From assembly GCA_030248215.1 (NCBI GenBank), contig JASANG010003494.1, positions 124,001 to 188,000 on the forward strand: a DNA stretch of 64,000 bases, read 5' to 3'. Within the stretch, counting starts at the first letter, position 1. The number at the start of each line of letters is the position of its first letter. This DNA is from Enoplolaimus lenunculus (lineage: Eukaryota). The position numbers were made by a program, and so were the translations under genes. This document shows, in pieces, positions 52,935-64,000 of the stretch. A model generated the notes under the pieces. It saw nothing but the letters and a program-made list of their open reading frames with translations, searched no databases and was not told the origin of the DNA.

Positions 52935-53308
52935 CAGGGATCGACCGGATATCCAGTTCCGGCAAAATCTGACATCCGTATTTGGTTCCGGTATCCGGTA
53001 TGAACCTACAGGATACCGGATATTTGTGGTTGTGGTTCCAAATATCATAAAACTGTTTTTGCACGTCAAAATACTAGATATTTTGAAGCGACTGCAGTTC
53101 CGCGAAAATTCATGAATGGACACTGACATGGAATGAAAAATCCAAAACAAAAATTTATCTTAAATCCATAAATACATATTTTTGCACTACTCAAATACTT
53201 CCAACAGTGTACAAATTTAGATCCTATACCCGACTAACATCCGGCTCCGGTACGAAATTCACTATCCGGCTCCGGTATCCCGTAAAATTAATATCCGGCC
53301 GATCCCTG
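52935..53308. mobile_element. CAGGGATCG(A/G)CCGGATAT-ended MITE
   Basis: Inverted ends CAGGGATCGACCGGATAT...ATATCCGGCCGATCCCTG. Reversed homolog at ~27390-27776. Confidence 0.75.
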
Positions 53309-54258
53309 GAGCTACGCAGACCCAACAATTTCACTTTCAACGCCATTCATCTCATAACTTAACAACAAGAAACTAACCAATGAGTGAATGAGTTAACCTG
53401 GTACAGTCAGCATCTGAAACCCGGCATCTCTACGCAACCTCCGTTCGAAACCCTTATCAAAACACAATTCTATATACTGAGTCAGCAACATACATAACAA
53501 ATTATGTCAACCTTACTTACATATAATATATCTCTGCGTCACAGCAATATATAATGCTGCAAATAACACACCATATTCGAATACTCATCACATTTCACCG
53601 CAAAGTAACGCACAAAGCAATGCGCTACAAAGGTGTTATATATAACTTTTACTAATACAATTACAACATCCAAGTAAGAGTATTGTTGTTTAGCAAACAA
53701 AACAGCCTATTTTTAACGCCTCAACACGTATTTTAAACGTCTAAAACGACAGACAAACACAAAACACATCATCATGCTGAGCGGTTCCCACACTTTGGTT
53801 CGTTTCGTTTTTCAACCATTATCAGCCAAGGTTAATTTTCGCTTTGTGTCTGCAAGCAACCATATACATATACGTCAAATAAAGAGACACATACGCTGTT
53901 ACGATCATCACAATTCGATTTTTTTAAAAATTATAAAAAATACAATTCAATCGTATGGGTATACATAATTTCACAAAAGTCGAGGGATTTGATGTTTTTG
54001 CAATAATTTCTTAATCCTTTACTTGCTTAACAATAGCCATTTCCAACACTCTGCTTAAACGCATTTATGCTACCCCAACACGAGCTCTTGCACTTGTCTG
54101 TTACCTATATACGCAAGTACACTGTGTTGAAACCAATATTAGTTGACTGTTTTGAACGAAATTTCACAGACAAGGCGCAACTGGAAAGCAAAATATTAAA
54201 TACTTGATAATTTTATAGCAGAACCTAATCGAACCAAAATTCCGACACCTTCAAACCA

Positions 54259-54328
54259 GACTAGGGGCATTGAACCTCTGAATCTACGACCTATAGTTGA
54301 ACGCTTCACCGCTAAAATTGCACTACGC
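54259..54328 (-). pseudogene. Degenerate tRNA-like / SINE-head sequence
   Basis: Minus strand GCGTAGTGCAATTTTAGCGGTGAAGCG...GAGGTTCAATGCC, similar in layout to 2128-2192. Confidence 0.3.
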
Positions 54329-55684
54329 TATTTTGCCTATCAAATCAGCAGGTTATACAACAAAGCAGGGTTCCAACAGGTACTAAATTTTGCGGGAACA
54401 GGAACCGGGATTTGAAATAATTTTCGTCACCGACTTCCGGATAGACTTTTTTAGAAAACTTACCAAAACATTACTTTAGTGAATTTTCACCTATTTCATC
54501 ATTAAATTTTCCGAAACCACATCAGAGACAATTTATTATCAAAACTGAACTAATTGCAAAAACAGTCATTTCGAATTAACAAATTTGCGTAAAGACAAAG
54601 CTTCAAGTATTTAAATGATTATGAATAATTGGCCACAAACCCATAAAAATCGCTGTTCCTGCATCTTTGAATGCAAGAACCGGAGAACAAGAACAGCAAT
54701 TGAATTTTTGCACAAATTCCGGTCGGAACACAAATTCCGATTGAATCCTGCTACAAAGCCTAACCACTACGCATCTGTAGCAATAAACATCCGTCCGTGC
54801 ACCCATGAAAAATTAAGTCCATAACGCCGATGTTATACTTCGTTCTCTGACCCAACGCTACTCTGCTCATGCACGTGGCTGCAACACGCGCACGCAGTTG
54901 CATTATCCCCGCCCGTCACTAAAAACTACAATACACAGATACCTGAGATATTACGATATACACCGAAAAACTCTCACACACCGTCGTATACAAATTACAT
55001 AACTAACGTATAAATACTTAAAAATCATTGCACATCGACAATATACAAATTTCAATACAAGCAAACAGACACAAAAAACAAACAGCTCATCCCTACAACA
55101 CACAAGTCTTTCTTTCCTGGAGTCAGTTGTATGTTACTAAATAAATTTATCCTGCTGAGAGCGCGCGCGCGCGAGTAACGTCAACTGATTATATTATATT
55201 ACACGAGACAAAGATAAGCGTCCCCAGGGTGCCAGCCCGACCGACCCTGTTCAATTTCTCATGCCCTTTGTTTCCAAAAAAAACGCGCAAATTCTACCAT
55301 TGAAAATGAGTAAAATGTAAAGTATATGCACTGTATTTCACTTCTCAGACTATTATTCAACGCAACTACAAATGTTATATACAATAACTGACCACAGCCA
55401 TGGGAAACAAAAATTAAGGACACAGCGTAGCGAATTTGATCGACAAGCTGCCTCCCTCCGATCGTTTCGAAAACAAAGAGTAAACCACTCACGCTGCCAA
55501 CGCAATTTGAATTCGAATCGCGTGCACATTAAAAATATACAACAAAGCACACAAAGTCCAAAATTACAAACGGAAATGTTAATTTTTAAAATTAAAACAA
55601 CACTCAATAATTTGTGGTAGCCAAGCAGCCATACTGAGACACAGGATTTCAACTATGTGTATATGAATATATATATATATACAT

Positions 55685-56028
55685 ATTGGCCTCTTTTAAA
55701 ATACAAGTCATAAAATATACGTGCGTAAATATGGTCCAAAATAAACACAATCATCTAACTTTAACTACTTAAACCAATGGCGTATGTTATAAAAGCGTCA
55801 ATAGCTCAGGACATGTCGAATAGAATTTGCACCTCTTGCTGATAAAACGTACCACAATTGGCCTCTTTTAAAATACAAGTCATAAAATATATGTACGTAA
55901 ATATGGTTCAAAATAAACACAATCATCTAACTTTAACTACTTATACCAATGGCGTATGTTATAAAAGCGTCAATAGCTCAGGACATTTCGAATAGAATTT
56001 GCACCTCTTGCTGATATAACGTACCACA
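55685..56028. repeat. 172-bp tandem duplication
   Basis: ATTGGCCTCTTTTAAAATACAAGTC at 55685 and 55857, with few substitutions. Confidence 0.93.
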
Positions 56029-56924
56029 AACAACTACGCTAGGTTATTATTCAGCCTAATTTTTCTAAAAAGTTTGGTGAAATTTTTTTTTCGGAATTTT
56101 GACAAAAATCATTTTTAAAGAATTTTCTCACAAAAGTTTTTAAAAAAATTTTTGTCACAAAAGTTTTTTATATTAATTTTCTCACAAAAGTTCAAAATTC
56201 TGTTCGGACAACTTTCTTGCTATCACAAAAACCTCATTTTTGCAGTTCTATTGCCAGTCACCACGCAGTGAATCCTAACGCAGCACAGTACGCTTATTAC
56301 ATTACCATAGGTAAAATGTCACGTGACGCGATATGGCAACCAACAAATGCATTAACACTAACTTAGCAACATGAGAGTATCAACAAAATGTCGCATGACG
56401 CGATATGATAAAAACGGTATTGCACTCCAGGGTACATACTTACGCAAAAAGTGGATAAAATTTAAAGTTTAGCGTATTTTGCTGGCCCCGGGCCAAATCC
56501 TAACCCTGGGACATGTCTAATACGAATTATTCTACGTAATACTCAAAATCCAGTGACAGTTGGTCTAGATTTAAATTTTGCGCGCTTGATCAACCGTACG
56601 TATTTAGACACACGTGTGTCGTGTACGTAACTATTAAACACTAAGTAAATATGTTATCAGATGTACCGCAACGCGTTAAATATTTACTGCCCACGAAGCT
56701 AATATTTACCAATAAAAACATTTGAAACTTAACCAAACATTATAAAATCACTCAAAACCAACAGATATCAATGTGTATTTACTACAAATATATATGAGAA
56801 TAAGCCGTTGCCTTCTAATACTAATTCATGTTTGCCAGGCGAACACACTGCCTTCAGGGGCGTAATCAGAAATATTTATGAATTCTGTCTGTTGTGCTAT
56901 TCAAAGGACGACGTATGGAGGCAC

Positions 56925-57299
56925 CAGGGAGCAACCGGACTTCCGGTTCCGGCATTCTTTCACCTTCTGGTTCCGGTTCCCGTAAATCTTTACCTGATTA
57001 AAAAATCCGGTATTAAAATTTGGTCGGTGAAAATTAAGTAATTTTATTAAAAATGACGATAAAAACTAAACAGGTTACATTAGTATAGTATGCAAACCTT
57101 GACAATCGCCGAAAATAAACCATGGAAGGTAGATTTCGCTTCTGTGGATTATGAAAATCTAAAATACAGCAGATAAAGTGAATACCTATCTTCATCTGAA
57201 TTTTTCGTTGGTGTGTATTTTTCATTTTCCGTTACGGTTCTGTTTCCGTTTCAAATTCCAGTTCCAGTTCCGGTAAATTGTAATTCCGGTTGCGCCCTG
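56925..57299. mobile_element. Diverged CAGGGTGCAACCGG-family MITE
   Basis: CAGGGAGCAACCGG...CCGGTTGCGCCCTG. Confidence 0.8.
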
Positions 57300-57826
57300 G
57301 GGGCACACTACAATAACCAGATCAGTCTAAAACCAGAATAGCGCACTGAGATTCATACTTTTTACATTTTCAGTACAGAGGTTACTAATTGTAACGTTAA
57401 CTTTTTAGCAAACGACAAATTTTGTGTTTTGGTTGAAGTTACATTTCAGGAAATGTCATTTTCAAAAAATTCTAGGTGTAGCTGATGAAAAATATTTATC
57501 CCCCTTTGCTGCGGACCCGCAGTCATAAAAATGCTGTATGCCCCCTCCGAAATTTTCTCGAAACTCGCTTTCCCGAATTTCTCTACAACTCACCAAATAA
57601 TAAACCGCCCCCCTCGAAAAGTTACGATTTAATAATGACTTATTAAAAATAACTTAATCGCTTTTTTCGGTCTTGCACACAGCCCACCCATTCCAATTCT
57701 TCAGTATGCCTCTGAAATCAAATAAACATGGTAATTTTCACAAAGGCGTCTGAAACTCGTAATTTTAGCATATTTTCTCACGAGACAACACTGCATAAAC
57801 ACAACAAACAAACAACAACAACAAAC

Positions 57827-57868
<42 letters not shown>

Positions 57869-58346
57869 CGAGCAAGTAAGCAGTATAAATCGAGTAATAT
57901 TCCTTGTTGAACTATTACTACAAACACTATGTAAATGATACTACACAAGAACACCATAAAATATGCGTTCAAGCTTAAACTTTTGAAAACTAGCAAAACA
58001 TCTCTATTATTTAACTTAACATCACCAGGCAAATACGATTATGAACGTTTTCTAGAACATTGTTGCCGGTCAAGAATAGGGATGTACAAATAGGAAAATT
58101 TTTGTCGATGCCGATGCCGATCGTTATTTTGAAATTTTGCCGATGTGTGCTGGGCAGCCGGGAGACACCTTTCAAATTGAACTAAAGAGTTTACTTCGGG
58201 TCAATTTTGGTGGTTTACAAAAATGGTTGCTTGCTGTCTCCATACTTGATTCATATACGAAAAACAACGATTATAACATACCTGCTGCGCTGCATATACT
58301 CACCAATCTTCGAATTAGTCTTACTACGAGTAAAATAAACAATACG

Positions 58347-58682
58347 CAGGGTGCAAAGCGGAACTGGATTATACCGGAACCGGAATCGGAACTACAAAAT
58401 TTGACTATGTGAATAATTTGCATTAACAAGTAATTTTCAAAAACGTCGCATACACAAATTGGCATTCTTTTTTGGCTCTGTAAAGCTAAACTACGCTCAA
58501 TTATTGATAAGTTAACTTATCGAAAGCAAATTTACAGATAAATGATGCTGAATTTTTATACAGCATATCGCAACAAGTAGGTCTAAAATTAAAACGTGGA
58601 AATTCCGATGATTGTGCAGTCGGAATCGGAACTCGTTTTAAATCGGAATTCTAATCGGAATCGGAATTCCGATTGCACCCCG
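58347..58682. mobile_element. hAT-like MITE (homolog of 17247-17582)
   Basis: CAGGGTGCAAAGCGGAAC...CCGATTGCACCCCG. Confidence 0.75.
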
Positions 58683-58715
58683 GCAATAAGCCATACCTTT
58701 GTAATGTATATTTAT

Positions 58716-58870
58716 GGGCCCGTAGCCAAGGGGGGTGGGCTGAGCCCCCTGAAAAATTTTTGGCCCCCTAGAGAATGTTCAATCTTGCTTGTGACTCTTT
58801 GAAAACCATTGAATGTGCACCCTAGAAAATTTTCAGCCCCTCCTTGCAAGATGAGCTGGCTACGGGCCTG
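58716..58870. mobile_element. Small MITE GGCCCGTAGCCA...TGGCTACGGGCC
   Basis: Inverted ends, flanks TATATTTA/CATATTTA. Confidence 0.7.
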
Positions 58871-59884
58871 CATATTTAAAGTCACAAGTCAGGATCCGAT
58901 ATATTACAATTCAGCGTTGAACTCGATTTGTTCAACTTGAAGAAAACAAGCGATACGTAATTCCAGGCATCAAGCCAGGTTCAAAAATAGGTGTTGTTCA
59001 CAAAACAAAGAATTGCAACCATCTTGGCAATGGCAACAATCCAATAGACACCAGCAAAAAACACAATCGAAACGCTCTCTACAACCTGCGTATATATAAC
59101 AAGCGATTACTTAAAACGGTTAGATTAACAATAAACACTATATATATATATATACTTGTTTACTTCTTTAACCTTTACCAGTTAACTATGTATACTTCTA
59201 CAACAAAAGCGGTGAACCTGCTGGCTGGCACCACGCCACCATGGCCCAATTGCTAGAATACCACACAGCCCAGTTTCAACCATGACGTCCAAAGACGCAG
59301 CAAGCGAACACTATCACAATAATAAAAATATAACCACACTGGAGCACCGCCTACCGAAATAAAAATATATAAATACTCATACGAAGTATATAAACAACCT
59401 GTGAAAATGAAAGATTATAAACAACAAACCCTTTCGACAACAATCATAAATACAACTCAATCGATAACGTTGCTCACTTTTCAACGAAAGAATGTCTTCA
59501 CTTTATGCTCCCCATTCACAGTTGTGCATATAAAATGCATTTCTCACTCTCTCTCTCTCTCAACAACAGAGCAGGGACGTATACAACACGGGCCGAGGGG
59601 ATATATTATCCTCTACCGAAATTTTAATTTAAAAATTACTTTTATAAAGTTAAAATTTCTCTCGCTGGCTACGCTCGTTCCAAACAACCTGTAAGTAAAG
59701 TTAGGTAATTCCCTCCAATGTAAGGTTAGTGTACATAGAAGTACTTGTATACTTACATTCTGACAACAGTAATACAATTGAACACGATAGTGAATATATA
59801 ACTTTATACTCTTTTAATTTCACTTCAAATTTCAACAGCAATCAACAGCTGCTAAACTGAATGGTTTACGCCCCGCAGTGCGCA

Positions 59885-60320
59885 TATCAAATCTCGGCGG
59901 AGGTACGGAATCTGGACCCCTTAGGATTTTGATTTAAAGCGATCCATCCTATAGATCTCGTCGAGCTGAATTCAATGGTACCATTTTTATGGCTGCATGA
60001 CCGACGTTTCAGAAGTTATGGCCCTGGCCCTCGAAATTATAGTGCAAACACGCACACACTGTAGCAGGAAGGATCTCATTCACATGTTCGTAAAATAAAA
60101 TATAAGCTTAACCAGGTTTATTCCATACGAAATTTGATTGTTGTTTGTACATGTTTTATATGGTAAAAAATTAAAATTTAAAGGGCCATAACTATTGAAC
60201 CGGGGACCCTGGAGCGCTAAAAATGGTACCGTTGAACTTAGCGCGTCGAAATCTATAAAATGAACTGTTTTTATTAAATTTCTAGGAGGTCCATATCCCG
60301 TAGCTCCGCCCGAAATCTTT
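59885..60320. mobile_element. Inverted-repeat element
   Basis: Arms GGCGGAGGTACGGAATCTGGACC...TTCAATGGTACCATTTTTA / TAAAAATGGTACCGTTGAA...GGTCCATATCCCGTAGCTCCGCC. Confidence 0.65.
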
Positions 60321-61769
60321 TCACATTCCACAACATGATACAGCCGATACGCAAGAGTAAGGATGGCGCTATACTTTTGATGACATCCGGTGCTATCGGT
60401 CGCTGTATTTATTTTATAAACAAAAAAACTTTGAATTGCGACGCCGTCCAGCGCCACACGACAAGTATATCGGAACCCTACCTGTCGAAAAGGCCAGACA
60501 AATTTGAAATACTTAATTTCGATTTATCATCAATCCTGAACTTTTTACAAAATTCACAATACTAAAATCTTTCAATCTTTCTAGTTCTTCTGTCTGCCGT
60601 TTAGAGCATTCAGTTACACGAACGCACAATTCTCTACTACAACAGCGAACGGCTCGTGAGCTGGCTCATAAGCATAACATAGAGCTTAAGCCAACGGAAC
60701 AAATTTCCCACAACTCAAAGCGTTAGCCAATCAAACTTATAGACAACTTAACAACAAAAAAACGAATATTTTCCGCTACAATGACCAAAAATTCTTCGAA
60801 AACGAACTTTAAATCTTCCGATGCAAATGTCTGTGTGCAACCTTAAGATGACGGCCAATTCAAAGTTAATATACCAAAAAAACGCCAAATTTGTATTCAC
60901 TCGACGATGTTGTCACTCTTAACATCTAAAATTCACTTTTCCAACAACCGATTCGAAATTTCATTAAAACAAATAGACACACAAAGCGCAACTTTTAAAA
61001 TCTTGACTCCATCTAAACAACCTACCGAGAGGAGGGGCGTATAGTCCAAATTTTGGAATACGGGGTTACGTCTAGAAAAATCAAAATGTTTTCTTGTGTT
61101 ACGTATAAACCACATAAAAAGGTCCACAAGGTTGGTTTGACCCATAAACCCCTCATTGGCTAACGGCCACGCCCTTGACCATATACGCAAAAAAAACGTT
61201 TTTCAGTCATTCCTAACGTTACGGTCCGGAATCCCTAAATTTAAGAGCGCTTCTGTATACTCACACTTTTCCACACGAATGATCAGTGTAATTAAGTCAA
61301 AAAAACTAACAAAACCAACCATAATAACTGAAGACGAATATATATCCAAACAGCACAGAGGCAAACTATTAAAAACCAAACCCAACTTTATTTTATCGAC
61401 ATACAAGTATACATATACCCGTCGTCACCGAAATAAAACGACAAATAAACGATTGTATACCTTATGCTGCCCCCCAGAGCAAATCGCCATTCCGACCCAC
61501 CTATTGTGACACACCGACCCCACCACGCCCTCGTTCAAAAGTGTAGTAGTAAGCAAACACAACAATATTGCAAACTCCAAACGAACATCAAGAATATACA
61601 ACCAGCCACTGTGTATGTTTACATACAAACGGGCCAACGGGCAGCCCACGCGATAGATAAGTGCAGTCCAGCATATAACACAAATTGAGGAGAGAAACGA
61701 GAGATAAACATTGTTTTTAAAACATTTTTCTGAAACAATCTAACCGAGCATGTTACGGATAACTATGAT

Positions 61770-62156
61770 TAGGGATGTGCCGATTAATCGACATTGGCAT
61801 CGATAATAATCGGCAGCGCGCGTGAGTATCGGCATCGGCACTGCAAAAAATTGCCGATTCTTTGCTGATACTTTTTGCGCGTAACAGTCAGTTTGAATGC
61901 TATCAATTTCATTTCTGGGCGCATATCAGTGTGTCCAGTCAGGAAAACTAATATCTTTCTTGCGTGTTCGTTTGTGTTTGAAAAATTAGCTAATTGAAAC
62001 GAACCGTTCGTCTAAAATTATAATCGTTTATGATGGTTAGGGTTTAAGTCTTCATATAATGATGTAATGTAGTATCCTATCTGTTTATTAAGCATGGTGT
62101 ACTAAAGTTGGAATCGGCATCGGAAAAAATTTTGGTATCGGCACAGCACATCCCTA
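61770..62156. mobile_element. hAT-like MITE (TAGGGATGTGCCGAT family)
   Basis: Perfect 8-bp TSD ACTATGAT. Confidence 0.88.
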
Positions 62157-62248
62157 ACTATGATTTGGCAAACTTTTATTATAATGTATTGTATACATAT
62201 GATAAAATTACGCGATCGGAACAGTAATTTTTCACCATACAACCTAGC

Positions 62249-62992
62249 CAGGGTGCACCCGGAATTCCGGTTCCGGCAAATTGTTACCGGAATTAGAAAT
62301 TCCGGTATAATATATATATATTAAATTTTGAACGTTGAAAATTAAACATTTTACTAAAAAATGATGATAAAATAAAATAGATTTCAGTAGTAGAGTAGAT
62401 GATAAACCATGACAATCACCGAAAATAAACCAATGGTAGATTTCGCTTCCATGGCAGGGTGCAACCGGAATTCCGGTTCCGGTTCCGGCATTTTTTCACC
62501 TTCCGGTTCCGGTTCCGGTAAATTTTTACCGGATTTAAAAATTCCGGTATTATAATTTGGCCGTTTTCTTAACTTTGTTAATTTTTAAGAATGTCTTTTG
62601 AAAGCCACTTGTACTCCGAATATAAGCCATTGATGGTGGATTTCACTTCAGTCGATGATGAAAATCTAAAATACAACAAATAAAGTAAATACCTATGTTC
62701 GACTACGGTTATTTCACAAATAATAGAGCAAAAAATAAGATTAAAATGAAATTTTTGGTGAAATGCATTTTTCACTTTCCGGTTCCGGTTCCGGTTCCGG
62801 CAAAATTTTCAAATTCCGGTTCCGGTAAATTGTAATTCCGGTTGCACCCTGTTCCATGGATAATGAAAATATAAAATACAGCAGATTAAGTATTTTTCGC
62901 CGGCAACTTTGCATTTCCAGTTCCGTTTCCGGTAATATTTTCGAATTCCGGTCCCGGTGGGTGGCGGCCAATTGTAATTCCGATTGCTCTCT
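62249..62992. mobile_element. Older CAGGGTGCA-family MITE containing a younger copy (62455-62851)
   Basis: Inner TSD TTCCATGG is perfect. Outer flanks AACCTAGC/AACCTAAC. Confidence 0.85.
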
Positions 62993-63563
62993 CAACCTAA
63001 CCTGTATTATTCCACTTATACGAGAATTTTGTCTGCAGTTCTATGTTTCCTAACAACCGGTACTTATAGAAATTCTCTGCTCACATTTCGTATATATACG
63101 GCATGAAAATTATCATAGAAACATGAATAACTTGCACTGTGCAACAAGATATATTGATTTAGTGCACACTTGCATTTAATTGACCATATGGCCTGCAGGC
63201 GGCTAACAATTATCACAAAGAATCTTACCATACGCCAATTGACTCTTTAAATTAGATCGGCAAAACACCAATTTTTTACAAAGTTTAGTCAAATTCTTAG
63301 ATTTCGTTACCGTCGTGATCCTACTAAATTGCACGAAACCAAAAAAAACTTCGTCAATTTCCCTCAACTTAATGTTTGAAAACAAAATTATTACAACCGA
63401 GAATAATACAGGGGGTCAATACAGGAACCGTGGATCTCCCTACCGGAACCGGAATTTCTACTGCACCGTGTTCCACAACCATTTGTGATCGCACCACGAA
63501 AATCAACTGAGCTGGTTTTGAGATCTAAATACGACCGATATCAACCACTACATCGTGCAAGCT

Positions 63564-63712
63564 GTAATTTTCGGATCCTCGCTGCAACTATAATAAGCCA
63601 CTGAGACACCGCCGACCTGCGTAGTTTGAACTGCGTTTAGTAATTTTCGAATCCTCGCTGCAACTATAATAAGCCACTAAGACTCCGCCGACCTGCGCAG
63701 TTTGAACTGCGT
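63564..63712. repeat. 76-bp tandem duplication
   Basis: GTAATTTTCG(G/A)ATCCTCGCTGCAACTATAATAAGCCACT at 63564 and 63640. Confidence 0.9.
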
Positions 63713-64000
63713 GTAAACCTTTACAACACAGCAGATATAACCCTAGTTGATTTCTCAGTTCAACAACCTCAACTGAACTATTCTTTTGGTCAATCCGAGC
63801 TAGAACAACCACATATATATACTGCTGAGGGATTAAACTCACTGGCCACTGACATTCATCACAGACACACACACTACCAGATTGATAGTAGCCTTACAAC
63901 AGGATATATGCGAGCTATTCGCGAGCCAGCACGCGTGCGTACAACTCTAGTCACGGCCAACTTGCGCGCACGCAAGTATGTCCACTATTCTATCACCAAT

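Noticed and set aside
43375..62775. Repeated 65-aa ORF 'MKNAFHQKFHFNLIFCS...' (43375, 47206, 62578)
   Set aside because: It lies inside MITE copies, has a non-ATG start and shows no transposase motifs.

Overview
Eukaryotic, AT-rich, intron-containing genomic DNA. It is most likely from a nematode (TTAGGC repeats, TTTCAG-type acceptors, an unc-58-like channel); the RING-bearing MEX-3 hints at an early-branching lineage, which is inference only. The window holds two convergent multi-exon genes that I assembled by hand with phase-consistent GT-AG junctions. (1) On +, a 4-exon two-pore-domain K+ channel resembling unc-58 (11245-18187, ~777 aa). Its filters are atypical (TTCGYD and TTVGLGN), and the second-pore/TM4/donor segment is present in four tandem copies. 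(2) On -, a 9-exon mex-3 (49057-32700, ~1343 aa) with two KH domains and a C-terminal C3HC4 RING. The rest is a 35-bp satellite (~50 units), many MITE families (including a GGCC-ended, 8-bp-TSD family carrying TTAGGC repeats), degenerate tRNA-like heads, local tandem duplications and microsatellites. There are no prokaryotic features, CRISPR arrays or transposase ORFs. Best leads: the channel's altered filters (both deviations are A-for-G changes that A-to-I editing could reverse), the duplicated pore segment, and the telomere-repeat MITEs. All family assignments are from recognition, not database searches.
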